Shown here: in pieces, positions 18,727-28,129 of the stretch
Layout of the letters: the number at the start of each line of letters is the position of its first letter
Position numbering within the stretch: the first letter of the stretch is position 1
Source of the DNA: Candidatus Sericytochromatia bacterium
GTDB lineage: Bacteria > Cyanobacteriota > Sericytochromatia > UBA7694 > JACMQJ01
Assembly: GCA_026004035.1 (NCBI GenBank)
Contig: BPII01000001.1
Coordinates: 312-64,311 of the forward strand
Reading direction: 5' to 3'
Length of the DNA stretch: 64,000 nucleotides
Program-made: the position numbers and the translations under genes
Notes under the pieces: generated by a model
Seen by the model: only the letters and a program-made list of their open reading frames with translations
What the model was told of the DNA's origin: nothing
Database searches by the model: none

Positions 18727-19827
18727 ATGTCTGAAAATAATATTCAAGAAGATGTTTATGATGATATTGAATCTTTATTTGATGATTTAGATAATATTAT
18801 AAATAACGATGAAAATAATACTTCTAATGAACTAATTGAAAGTTTAGAAAATATTATAGAAGGAAAAGAAGAACCAAAAGTAGATTTTGATAGTGAAACT
18901 CAAAATTTGCTTGATGAATTGTCAGAATTTTTAGATGAACAAGAAACTGATTTAGAACAAGAAAGCTTGGAAGATGAAGAAATACCAAATCTTGATGAAA
19001 TGGCTAATGATGATTACTTTGAAGATGAACCATTACAAAGTGAAGACATTGAAACTGAAGAAACTAGAAAATTAAGAGAAGAAGCTGCCAAAGTTGCACT
19101 TGGATTAATGAATTATTGTGAATTTCATGTTATAAGTTTAGAAAACGAACTTGTAATTTTGGGTGATGCTTTTAATGAATTAATAGAGGAGACAAGAAAA
19201 TTAGATGACAAAATATCAAAATTAAGTGAAAAAATAAATAATGCTAAAGTTGAAGGTGCTAAACAATTAATGGATTTCATTCATGAAGAAATAAAATTAA
19301 TATCTGATAATTTAGAAGGTGCTATAAAATCAAGTGATCCTGGGGATTTAGAAATACTTTATGAAAATATAGAAATCTTAAAAGAAAATAAAAATGTAAT
19401 AGAAAATCAAATAAAAGGTTTAAAAGAAATAGGAGCAAATACTGACAAGTTAGAAAAGGATGTCCAAATATTAGAAAGTTCTATAGAAAAATTACAGAAA
19501 GCAATAGCTTCAAATGAAGTTTTTTCGGTTTCTATGAAATTTAATAATGAAATAAATCAAACAATATTTCAAATAAAAGAAGCTCAAGTTGCTGAAGATA
19601 TAGAAGATTTAAAAATTATAAATGAAAATTTAGATGTATTAATGGATAATAGAAATAATTTAGAAGAACAAATATGGGAATTATATAATAAAGGTTATGA
19701 TATAGAAGGACTTAAGCAACAATTAGAAGTTTTAAATATAAATTTAGAACAATTAAGTAGAACAATAGATGAAGCTACTTATAATATAAATATTATGATG
19801 AATAAAGAAAAAAAAAATAAATTTTAA
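18727..19827 (+). CDS. Acidic coiled-coil protein with an internal repeat of about 60 residues (hypothetical)
   Basis: ORF track (a TTG at 18715 is possible; the ATG at 18727 is preferred). The first 110 aa are D/E-rich and the rest is heptad-like. DLEILYENIEILKENKNVIENQIKGLKE repeats as DIEDLKIINENLDVLMDNRNNLEEQIWELYN. Confidence 0.55.
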   Translation: MSENNIQEDVYDDIESLFDDLDNIINNDENNTSNELIESLENIIEGKEEPKVDFDSETQNLLDELSEFLDEQETDLEQESLEDEEIPNLDEMANDDYFEDEPLQSEDIETEETRKLREEAAKVALGLMNYCEFHVISLENELVILGDAFNELIEETRKLDDKISKLSEKINNAKVEGAKQLMDFIHEEIKLISDNLEGAIKSSDPGDLEILYENIEILKENKNVIENQIKGLKEIGANTDKLEKDVQILESSIEKLQKAIASNEVFSVSMKFNNEINQTIFQIKEAQVAEDIEDLKIINENLDVLMDNRNNLEEQIWELYNKGYDIEGLKQQLEVLNINLEQLSRTIDEATYNINIMMNKEKKNKF

Positions 19828-20204
19828 TTTTCAGGATATTTTATTATATCAATTTTAGTTACAATTCCATCTTTTATAATAATTTCAGCTATTGTATCTC
19901 TAATTTTATTAAAATGAGAATTAACCCCTTCTATTTTAACACAAGCTTCTAAAAATAAATTGCCCATTATACCACTTGTAAGAAAAATTTTTTTAAAAAC
20001 TTCTGTTGTTTTATTCACAAGAGAATTAGGAATATTAAATTTTTCTTGATAGTTCTGATCAACTATTCTTTGTAGAATTTCTTTTGTAAATTCTTCTGCT
20101 GAATCATCTTTAAAAGAATTAAAAAGTTCTGTTCTTATATCATTAAAGTATTTCGGACTATTTATAGCTTTAATCCTTGCCAAACCATAAAGTTCAATAG
20201 CCAT
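19824..20204 (-). CDS. Hypothetical 126-aa protein, last gene of the minus-strand ORFan operon
   Basis: ORF track. Its start ATG (20202-20204) abuts the upstream gene's stop codon, sharing one base (ATTA on the plus strand). Its stop overlaps the convergent gene by 4 nt. Confidence 0.5.
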   Translation of the reverse strand: MAIELYGLARIKAINSPKYFNDIRTELFNSFKDDSAEEFTKEILQRIVDQNYQEKFNIPNSLVNKTTEVFKKIFLTSGIMGNLFLEACVKIEGVNSHFNKIRDTIAEIIIKDGIVTKIDIIKYPEN

Positions 20205-21112
20205 TATTTCTTTCCAAATTTTGTCATCAAACTTCTTACAAAACCAATATTTTCTAGTTTTTTTAATGGCATTAACACCATACCTTTTATAAGATTTGAT
20301 TGAAAATTTTTTTCTTCTTCTATTCTTCCTGCTACAAATCTATCAGTATTTGCTCTTGCATGACTTTCCGAATAACCTGTTATTTCTCCAGTAGCTTCCC
20401 ATATTCCATCATTACAAGCATACTTTAATTTTTGATCTAATTGTTTAGTATATTCAAGCTTAGACTGATAGTTTTTAAAATATATAGATAACATAAATAA
20501 AGATGCTCCTAGACTATGTGATGCTAATTTCATACTATAACCTATATTAACTTTTCCATAAATAACTTCTGATGCTATTATTTTCATTGCTTCTGCCATA
20601 ATTTTAGGATCATCATCATGTGGTGATATAGCCATAAGCCCTGTTACAACCATTTTTATTGCTTCTTGTAACCTTATTTCATTTTCTTTTGCAGCTTGCA
20701 TTGTTCCTTGTACTATTTCCCTAACTATAAGTCTGTATTCAGGTGATAATATATCAGGAGTATCAGACATAGCTTCAACTATTTGATTTAACAATGCTTT
20801 TTGCATGTTTGGACCAATACCATTTTCAGAATTTGGATCAGCATTAGCAGCAACAGTATTAAAAACAGATGAACCAATAGCTCCAAGACTATATTCTCTT
20901 ATTTGTTCTACAATTGTTTTATCTTTAACATGACTTACAATTTCAGATCCAGCAGGAACAAATAAATCTTGAGAAAAACCATCTAATACAGTAGAACCTT
21001 TTATAACAGCTGTAGCTCTTCTACTTGTAGAAGCTAAACTTTTTTTAGCAGGAGTAGTAGCAGATGCTGAATTTCTCTTATCTCTTTTTGCTACTTCTTC
21101 ACCTTCAGCCAT
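20204..21112 (-). CDS. Hypothetical protein, paralogue A of a duplicated helical domain family (motif ISPHDDDPK)
   Basis: 37 of 75 residues are identical to the next gene's product in a hand-aligned stretch (GLMAISPHDDDPKIMAEAMKIIASEVIYGKVNIGYS... vs TLMNISPHDDDPKFMSDALNVIVSELIYSKAKIGYT...). Basic, Ser/Thr/Ala-rich N-terminus. Confidence 0.65.
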   Translation of the reverse strand: MAEGEEVAKRDKRNSASATTPAKKSLASTSRRATAVIKGSTVLDGFSQDLFVPAGSEIVSHVKDKTIVEQIREYSLGAIGSSVFNTVAANADPNSENGIGPNMQKALLNQIVEAMSDTPDILSPEYRLIVREIVQGTMQAAKENEIRLQEAIKMVVTGLMAISPHDDDPKIMAEAMKIIASEVIYGKVNIGYSMKLASHSLGASLFMLSIYFKNYQSKLEYTKQLDQKLKYACNDGIWEATGEITGYSESHARANTDRFVAGRIEEEKNFQSNLIKGMVLMPLKKLENIGFVRSLMTKFGKK

Positions 21113-21157
21113 ATTACCTCTTAAATAGTATTCTATATATTATTATAATATAATTCT

Positions 21158-22492
21158 TTATTTCTTAAAAACTTTTTTTATGGAAGTTGTAGCAATTTCT
21201 TTGTACAAATTCTTCGTATATAAGTTTTCTTCTTCATTTCTACCTTGTATAAAAGCATCAACATTTGTTTTTACAGCTAATTGAGGATTTTTTGATATTT
21301 TGCTAATAGATTGCCATAAAGCTTCACCAACAGCACGATTAAGCTTGTGTTCTAATTCTTTACTAAATTCTATTTCATTTTGATAATTTCTATAATAAGT
21401 AAATAATGTAAATATAGCAGCTCCAATATTATAAGAAATATCTCTTAAGGTATAACCTATTTTAGCTTTAGAATAAATTAATTCAGAAACTATTACATTA
21501 AGAGCATCAGACATAAATTTTGGATCATCATCATGAGGTGATATATTCATAAGTGTAGATATTATCATTTTTGTACAATCTTTAAAATCTAAAGTATGTT
21601 CTAAAGCAGCTTTCATTGTTCCCATTATTACATCTCTTACATACTTTCTATAAGAATCATGGTTAACATCTTCAACTTTGTTTATCCCATTTATTAAAAC
21701 TGACAAATAATCTTTTTGAACAGTATCATTTAGTCCATTAGGGGATTTATGATTTACATGATTCGATATAGTATCAAATATCATCCATGCAAAATTAGTC
21801 ATTTCATATTCCATAATTTCTTGTATTATAGGTTTCTTTTCAATAACACTTACTCTTTGTTGAGATTTTCGACTACTTATAAACATATCTTGAGTACCAC
21901 TTTCAGAAACAACAGCACCTTTTAACATTTCAGGTATAACTACATTTTTTCTGTTTGGTAAGTTTGCTTTTTTTCTTTTTTTTCTATGATTTAAATCATC
22001 GCTTTCTTCTTCATCTTCATTCTTTTTTCTTTTAGCATTTAAATTATATCTAGTAACATATTTGCCATTAATGTTATCATCAGGATTTCTTGTTTTATCC
22101 TGATATTTTGGATCTTGTTGTACTAGGTTCTTTACTCCAGCAGTGCTAACATCATTTTGACCACCTGACATACTATTGTTTTGTATTTGTTTTTTTGAAT
22201 GTTCTTTTTCTGATTGATTAACTCTTTTAAATTTTCCTTCATCACTTGTAGCTGGAGATATTAAATTTTTAATGTTTTCTCCAACATCTTGTAACAATTT
22301 TTTTAAAAGTCCTGTATCCTGCTTATTATTATCTTCTACATATTTTAAAACAGCAGCATTTTTATTGTCAGCTTTTACTATTTTTTTATCATCTACCTGT
22401 TCAGAATTTCCTTTAATTTTAAATTCTTTTTCAAGTTTCCCACTTTCAACTAAAGTTTTATTAAAAGCTGCGTCAAGTTTTTGTACTGACAT
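21158..22492 (-). CDS. Hypothetical protein, paralogue B of the same family, with a charged N-terminal extension of about 170 residues
   Basis: The C-terminal 270 aa or so are collinear with the 302-aa paralogue. The N-terminus is K/E/N/Q-rich and includes RKKRKKANLPNRK. Confidence 0.65.
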   Translation of the reverse strand: MSVQKLDAAFNKTLVESGKLEKEFKIKGNSEQVDDKKIVKADNKNAAVLKYVEDNNKQDTGLLKKLLQDVGENIKNLISPATSDEGKFKRVNQSEKEHSKKQIQNNSMSGGQNDVSTAGVKNLVQQDPKYQDKTRNPDDNINGKYVTRYNLNAKRKKNEDEEESDDLNHRKKRKKANLPNRKNVVIPEMLKGAVVSESGTQDMFISSRKSQQRVSVIEKKPIIQEIMEYEMTNFAWMIFDTISNHVNHKSPNGLNDTVQKDYLSVLINGINKVEDVNHDSYRKYVRDVIMGTMKAALEHTLDFKDCTKMIISTLMNISPHDDDPKFMSDALNVIVSELIYSKAKIGYTLRDISYNIGAAIFTLFTYYRNYQNEIEFSKELEHKLNRAVGEALWQSISKISKNPQLAVKTNVDAFIQGRNEEENLYTKNLYKEIATTSIKKVFKK

Positions 22493-22644
22493 AATAAAAT
22501 TCCTTAATAAATATCTATTACTATTATAATAAAATAAAAAAAAATATTCTACTTTTAATAAAGTAATAATAATTATTTAATTTTATTTAATTTAGATATG
22601 AAGAATTTTTTTTCTAAAAAGAATTTACTTTAAATAAAAAATAG

Positions 22645-22675
22645 TTGAATATACTTTTAAAAATAATGTTACAAT
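22645..22675 (+). promoter_or_regulatory. Candidate promoter: TTGAAT, 19-nt spacer, extended -10 TGtTACAAT
   Basis: ttgaat at 22645-22650 and tgttacaat at 22667-22675, 58 nt upstream of the ATG at 22733, inside a 240-bp divergent intergenic region. Confidence 0.35.
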
Positions 22676-22732
22676 AGTAGTAAGGTTATATCAATATTTT
22701 GATATATATTTTTAGTTTTTAGGTTTTTATAT

Positions 22733-24448
22733 ATGTCTGAAGAATTAGAAAATAAGGAAAAAACTGAAGAAAATTCTTCTATAAATGAAGAAGATTTTAA
22801 TACAGATAGTCAGTTATTAACTGAACCTCAAGATTCATTAGCAATAAGTAGAGCTAAAGCTGCTTATGGTAAAAAATCTCCAAATACTGTAAGAGAAAGA
22901 AGAATACCACAAAGAGTTGTTACAGCTGATTATGTAAATGAAGAGCCTTATGAACCTGATGATATAGATGATGATACTATTATATCTCCTGATAAAGGCA
23001 CTATAAATAAAACTTATAAATCTTCATTGGAGTTAAAACAACAAAAAACTTATATAAATATTGCTGAATCTGTTAGTGGAGATGATGTATTAGCTTTACA
23101 ATCAGCTGATAGTAAATCAGGACAAACAATATCATTTAAAGTTAAAGGTATTCAATGGAAAGCAGGATTTTCAAATGAATTTACAAAAACTCCTTTGGGA
23201 CATTCTATGCATCCTATACCACTTCCAGGTCCAAATGATGACAGGCCTGATGCTCTAAAAAAAACAGGTATAGTTATAAGGCCTGTTAATCCAAAGTTAC
23301 AGAAAGTTTTAAGTCAATTATTACCAGCTTCTTTTAAAAAAGAAATGATAAAAGAGAGAAAAAAAAGAGATAGATTAAAACAATTAGCTATTTATTATTT
23401 GCCTTCTACTCAATCATCATCAGTTGGATTTATACATGAATATATTGTTCCAAGAAGTGATGGAAGGGATGCTTTTTATCTGTATGTTCAAACATCTGTT
23501 GGTAAAGCACCTGTAGCAATTTTAGATGAAGTTTTAAGAACTTTAGAAGCAGGTCTTCCTGAAGGAGAAAAAGCTGATGTATATGATTATACTCAAGTTG
23601 AAGAAGAAGATGTTGTATTACCAGAGCCTAATTATAAACTAGCTGAAGAAGTAAATGAAGCAATGAAACAAGTTTCTAGCACTCTTAATGATTCTGTATT
23701 AGTTCATTCTGTTAGAAAAGGATTAGCAAATACTAGAAACTTTTGGATTGAATTTATGAAACAATTTGATAAATATCTAGCAAGATTTGTAAGAGTATTA
23801 GCAGCAATAATTCTAATACTTATGAATAGTCTTCCTATGAGACTTTTTATTCAAGGATTAAGATTACTTACAAAAGGAATTGTAAAAATGATTTGGGGAG
23901 TTAATGGTATTTTACTAGCAATAGCAAGATCTCCTATCACAGCAGCTATTTTAAAAACTTTTGGTAAAGGTTTTTCATTGCTAGGAGGACTATTTGGTGC
24001 AGTATTTAGTGGTTTCTTTTACTTCTTTAAATTAATAGGAAAAACTATAGCTAGTATATATTTTAATACAGTATCTTTATTAAAAGATCCCAAAAATTTT
24101 GATTTAGGCATAAGTTTTCCAGGAAGAAAATTATTTGATGTACCTAAATCAGATAAAAGTAGTAAAGAAGAAAATAAAAAAGGAAGTACAAAAATAAAAG
24201 TAGCTAAAAAAGCTCAAATAGCAAAACCGAAACCTAAACCAAATGTTATAAAAGGTACAACTTCTTTTAGTCAAGTTACAAAACCTAATCCAAATACAGC
24301 TAAAAAACCTGTACCTCCTAAAGTTAAAGGTAGTACAGGAACTCAACAAATAGTTTCTTCAGGAAGTAATGAATCAACAGGAAAGGTAGCAAATACAAAA
24401 ACACCAGGAAGCACTCCTTTAGGTTATTTTGAAGATGAGCCATTTTAA
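22733..24448 (+). CDS. Hypothetical polytopic membrane protein with an acidic N-terminus and a basic Pro/Lys-rich C-terminal tail
   Basis: Hydrophobic block of about 100 aa (FVRVLAAIILILMNSL...GILLAIARSPITAAILKTFGKGFSLLGGLFGAVFSGFFYFFKLIG). Tail is KAQIAKPKPKPNVIKG...KKPVPPKVKG. Confidence 0.6.
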   Translation: MSEELENKEKTEENSSINEEDFNTDSQLLTEPQDSLAISRAKAAYGKKSPNTVRERRIPQRVVTADYVNEEPYEPDDIDDDTIISPDKGTINKTYKSSLELKQQKTYINIAESVSGDDVLALQSADSKSGQTISFKVKGIQWKAGFSNEFTKTPLGHSMHPIPLPGPNDDRPDALKKTGIVIRPVNPKLQKVLSQLLPASFKKEMIKERKKRDRLKQLAIYYLPSTQSSSVGFIHEYIVPRSDGRDAFYLYVQTSVGKAPVAILDEVLRTLEAGLPEGEKADVYDYTQVEEEDVVLPEPNYKLAEEVNEAMKQVSSTLNDSVLVHSVRKGLANTRNFWIEFMKQFDKYLARFVRVLAAIILILMNSLPMRLFIQGLRLLTKGIVKMIWGVNGILLAIARSPITAAILKTFGKGFSLLGGLFGAVFSGFFYFFKLIGKTIASIYFNTVSLLKDPKNFDLGISFPGRKLFDVPKSDKSSKEENKKGSTKIKVAKKAQIAKPKPKPNVIKGTTSFSQVTKPNPNTAKKPVPPKVKGSTGTQQIVSSGSNESTGKVANTKTPGSTPLGYFEDEPF

Positions 24449-24460
24449 TTTATATAAATT

Positions 24461-25747
24461 ATGAGTAACGAATTGTATGATCAATTAATTGGTGTTAATT
24501 TTCCTTGTGTTGAATATTTGGAAGATAATTATAAAGAACATTATGAGTTATTAAAAGAAGCAGATGAATTCTCAGCAGCAGCAGTTTTATATCCCGATGA
24601 AAAAAATGAACTTTTAGCTAATAGCTTGCATAGATATCAGTTAATATTAGATAAAGCATCTAAAATATTAAAATTAGAAACTGATTTCTTATTAAAAAAG
24701 AAAATTTGTTTTAATTTTTATACTGATATAGCTAACCTTTTTGGACTTGGAACTCAAGCATATACTACAGAAACAGAAACTCCTTATATAGGAGTAAGTG
24801 AATTAAGCTTACAAAATGTATATCTTTTACAATTAATACTATTACATGAAATGCAACATGCTACAGACTTTGTTTATTTCAATGGATTTGATATGGGAGT
24901 AGCAGAAAGGGAATTAAGGGCAAGACTTACTATATGTCATTCTTTAAATGAATTACAAAAGCAATTTAATAAGTTATACAAAAATGCTTATATAGATCAA
25001 GCATATTGGTTTGTAATATTATTCTCATCACCTAATATAAGTGATGAGTTAAAGTATAAATACTATGAATTGCTAGAAAAACCAGCTAAAGATATTTTAG
25101 AAAGTGATGATGGAGTTGTATTTTCACCATTAATTTTAAGAGTGTTTGGAATGGAATTAAAAAGAGAAGGAGTAAATTTAAAAGCAAATACTAGTTATTC
25201 TATAACTAATAGAAATGGCTTACTAATAATGGAAGAAAAAGAATTAAAAATTCAAGAAGAAATACAAGAAGAAGATACAATAATTTCTGATACTGAAACT
25301 TATGATGATAAATTATTATCTGTTAAGCTATCAAGAATGACAGGGGAAAAAATATCCGATGAAAATCAACCATTAACATTAGTTAAAAATAAATTAATAG
25401 AATGGCATACTTATAAAGATGAATTAAAAAATATGAAAAAAAATGCAAACATAATAATAACAAGGAATGCTGAATCTCTTTCTAATATTTCAACTGTTGA
25501 AAATACTAATTTATCAGTTCCGAAAATAATAAAAGTCGAAAAACAATTTATAAAAATGGAAAATGATTTTGAAAAATTAAGAAATATAAATATTCCTAAT
25601 TCAACTTATAAACCTGAAGATTTTTCTAATGATGACTCACCAATAATTATTTTAAATAACGCTAATAGAAAAAAAGTTATAGAAGAAGATAATGAAGCAC
25701 AAAATTTTGTTAATAATTTATCAGATTTTTTCAAAGGTAAAAAATAA
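24461..25747 (+). CDS. Hypothetical protein with a zincin-type HExxH motif (putative metallopeptidase)
   Basis: LILLHEMQHATDFVYFNGFDMGVAERE: HEMQH with a Glu about 20 residues downstream (gluzincin-like spacing). Starts 12 nt after the upstream stop. Confidence 0.5.
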   Translation: MSNELYDQLIGVNFPCVEYLEDNYKEHYELLKEADEFSAAAVLYPDEKNELLANSLHRYQLILDKASKILKLETDFLLKKKICFNFYTDIANLFGLGTQAYTTETETPYIGVSELSLQNVYLLQLILLHEMQHATDFVYFNGFDMGVAERELRARLTICHSLNELQKQFNKLYKNAYIDQAYWFVILFSSPNISDELKYKYYELLEKPAKDILESDDGVVFSPLILRVFGMELKREGVNLKANTSYSITNRNGLLIMEEKELKIQEEIQEEDTIISDTETYDDKLLSVKLSRMTGEKISDENQPLTLVKNKLIEWHTYKDELKNMKKNANIIITRNAESLSNISTVENTNLSVPKIIKVEKQFIKMENDFEKLRNINIPNSTYKPEDFSNDDSPIIILNNANRKKVIEEDNEAQNFVNNLSDFFKGKK

Positions 25748-26667
25748 TGAATAATATAAAAAAAAATTATAGTAACTATAATTTAGATTCTGATAATTAT
25801 TTAGAAGATATAAAAAATTATCCCAAAGATTCTTATGTAAAGAACAATACAAATTCTAGCATAGGTAAATTAGATAAATATAGCAAAGAAAAAGAAAATT
25901 TTAATAATGAAAAATCAAAAATAATATTAAAAGAAAGCAATATTGATAAAACACTAGATGATTTAATACCTTCACAAATTGGAGATGCAATAGATAATGT
26001 TTTTTCTTCTGTAGATAATTTACTAACAAAAGCTGGAAAACTAATGTTTGGCCATATGAAAAATAAAAAAGTAAATTCTATTCCTAAAAAAAATAATATT
26101 GTTGTAAATAATCCAGTTAAAACAGTTTCTTCAAGAAATATAAATACTAATACTAATAATCAATTAAAAGTTATTACAGAAGCAAACACAAATAATAAAT
26201 CAGAAAATAATCAAAAATTAGAAAAAACTGAACAAAAACAAGAAATAAAAAAATCACCTCCTATAACTAGAACAACAAGCATATCAGAGTTAGATTTACC
26301 TTTGGATATTTTATCTGATTCTGATTTAGTAAAATATTTCGATCAAATGAAATTATACGATAAGAAAATAGAAGGTGGTTTATGCTCATTAACTTTTAGT
26401 GAAGCAGAAGAGATATTAAAAAAAGGAAAATGGGGCAAATTATTTACAATAAAATATGAACAATTGAAAATAAATACTATGATAGCTGGTTCTGATGCAC
26501 CCCTTAAAAGATTTAATGGAATGTTACCTGTTTATAAAGCATTAGCTAGAAAATTTAAAAATACTGAAGAGTTAAAGAAAGCTATTGAAAGAGATATTGA
26601 AACTTATCTTAGAACAGGAGAAGGTAGTAAAGACTTTCATAAATTTACTTATACTTTAAAAAAATGA
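25747..26667 (+). CDS. Hypothetical protein: Asn-rich N-terminal half and a compact C-terminal domain
   Basis: ORF track. Start overlaps the upstream stop (TAATG). The stop abuts the tRNA-Leu 3' end. Confidence 0.5.
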   Translation: MNNIKKNYSNYNLDSDNYLEDIKNYPKDSYVKNNTNSSIGKLDKYSKEKENFNNEKSKIILKESNIDKTLDDLIPSQIGDAIDNVFSSVDNLLTKAGKLMFGHMKNKKVNSIPKKNNIVVNNPVKTVSSRNINTNTNNQLKVITEANTNNKSENNQKLEKTEQKQEIKKSPPITRTTSISELDLPLDILSDSDLVKYFDQMKLYDKKIEGGLCSLTFSEAEEILKKGKWGKLFTIKYEQLKINTMIAGSDAPLKRFNGMLPVYKALARKFKNTEELKKAIERDIETYLRTGEGSKDFHKFTYTLKK

Positions 26668-26753
26668 TGCTCGGAGCGAGACTTGAACTCGCACGGGATT
26701 TGTGTCCCGCAGGATTTTAAGTCCTGTGCGTCTGCCGATTCCGCCACCCGAGC
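26668..26753 (-). tRNA. tRNA-Leu (anticodon UAA), type II with a long variable arm
   Basis: 86-nt cloverleaf on the reverse complement: acceptor GCTCGGG/TCCGAGC, anticodon stem CAGGA/TCCTG with loop CT-TAA-AA, long variable arm, T-loop TTCAAGT. Confidence 0.9.
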
Positions 26754-26814
26754 TAAACAATAGATACATTATAATCTTTAATATTATTTTGTCAATCAAA
26801 TTTGTTAATAAAGT

Positions 26815-28122
26815 TTATATTTCATCATCTAGTTCTATAAAATCTAAAGTTTCTTCTTTTTCGTTAGAAAACTCTTGCATAATATTTGCAAGTAATTCAG
26901 TTGCTTTGTCAAATCTAGCATTCATTATATACATTAGTAACATACTAAATAATAAATCTTTTCTATTTTCTTCTGGAACTATTATTTCAGCTGCTCTAAA
27001 ATATGCTTCTGAAGAATCAAATTGTCTTAAAAATTTACAACAAATAGCTAAGTAAAATAATATTAACCATTGATTTTGATTATATTCAAGAGCTTTCTCT
27101 AAATAGATTTTTGCATTTTTATAATCTTTTAATCTTAAATATGAATATCCTATTAATAAATTAGGTTTCCATGTCATTATATCAATGTCATTCAATATTG
27201 GTTCAGCTAATGGTGGTAATTCTAAAGATCTTTTTAGAGCGTCTATACAAGTGTAAATATCACTTTCTTTAAAAGAAATAAATCCATAAATAAACCAATA
27301 ATAAGGATTTTCTTTACATATATTTTGTCTTCTTATACATTCATTCAAAGCTTCTTCTTTTTCTCCTATCTTATACATTATTTTAATAATGTCTGTGCAT
27401 ATATCAGACATTATTAAATCATCTTTATAATCATTACTATTTAAAGCATTTTGATAACAATTAAAAGCTTTTATTAGATATCCATATAATAAACATTCTT
27501 TTCCCATCAAATAATTATAGTAAAAGCTATTTTTATCTTCTTTTAAACAATTTTTTAGAATATTAACATTCCTTTTAGTCTTTGATTTTATACCATCTTT
27601 TAGAAAATGTTTTATAAAAACTTTGTTTATATCTAATGAAATAAGATTATCAGTTCCATTAGGATGATAAATTTTTTCTTTTATTTTATACTCATATAAA
27701 ACATTTTCAGTATTTGGAAACAATCTTATTTGTTTTTGATAATATTTATATTCTTTGTCTTTTAGCTTATCTACATATGTGAATATATCAAGGAAAAAAA
27801 AAGGAAAACTATTATAGCTTTTATTTATACTTTTTAAAATTTCATCTTTATATCCTTCTAAAGTTTCATCAGAATCTATTGCTAATATCCAATCATTAGA
27901 GCATTTCTTTATGGCATAATTTCTAACTTCTGAAAAATTATCATTCCATCTATAATTAAATATTTTAGAATTATATTTTTTTGCAATATTAATTGTATTA
28001 TCAGTTGAACCTGTATCAACAATTACTATTTCGCTAGATATATCTTTAATACTTCTTAATGTATTTTCAAGATAAGCTTCTGAATCTTTAGTTATTATGT
28101 AAGTACTTATTAAGTTATTCAT
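26815..28122 (-). CDS. Family 2 glycosyltransferase fused to C-terminal TPR repeats
   Basis: GT2 N-terminus (IITKDSEAYLENTL...IVIVDTGSTDNT...ILAIDSDE). TPR-like helical repeats in the C-terminal half. Confidence 0.8.
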   Translation of the reverse strand: MNNLISTYIITKDSEAYLENTLRSIKDISSEIVIVDTGSTDNTINIAKKYNSKIFNYRWNDNFSEVRNYAIKKCSNDWILAIDSDETLEGYKDEILKSINKSYNSFPFFFLDIFTYVDKLKDKEYKYYQKQIRLFPNTENVLYEYKIKEKIYHPNGTDNLISLDINKVFIKHFLKDGIKSKTKRNVNILKNCLKEDKNSFYYNYLMGKECLLYGYLIKAFNCYQNALNSNDYKDDLIMSDICTDIIKIMYKIGEKEEALNECIRRQNICKENPYYWFIYGFISFKESDIYTCIDALKRSLELPPLAEPILNDIDIMTWKPNLLIGYSYLRLKDYKNAKIYLEKALEYNQNQWLILFYLAICCKFLRQFDSSEAYFRAAEIIVPEENRKDLLFSMLLMYIMNARFDKATELLANIMQEFSNEKEETLDFIELDDEI

Positions 28123-28129
28123 AAAAAAA

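Noticed and set aside
26702-27055. Plus-strand ORF of 117 aa
   Set aside because: It starts inside tRNA-Leu and then runs antisense to the GT2-TPR gene. There is no plausible start context.
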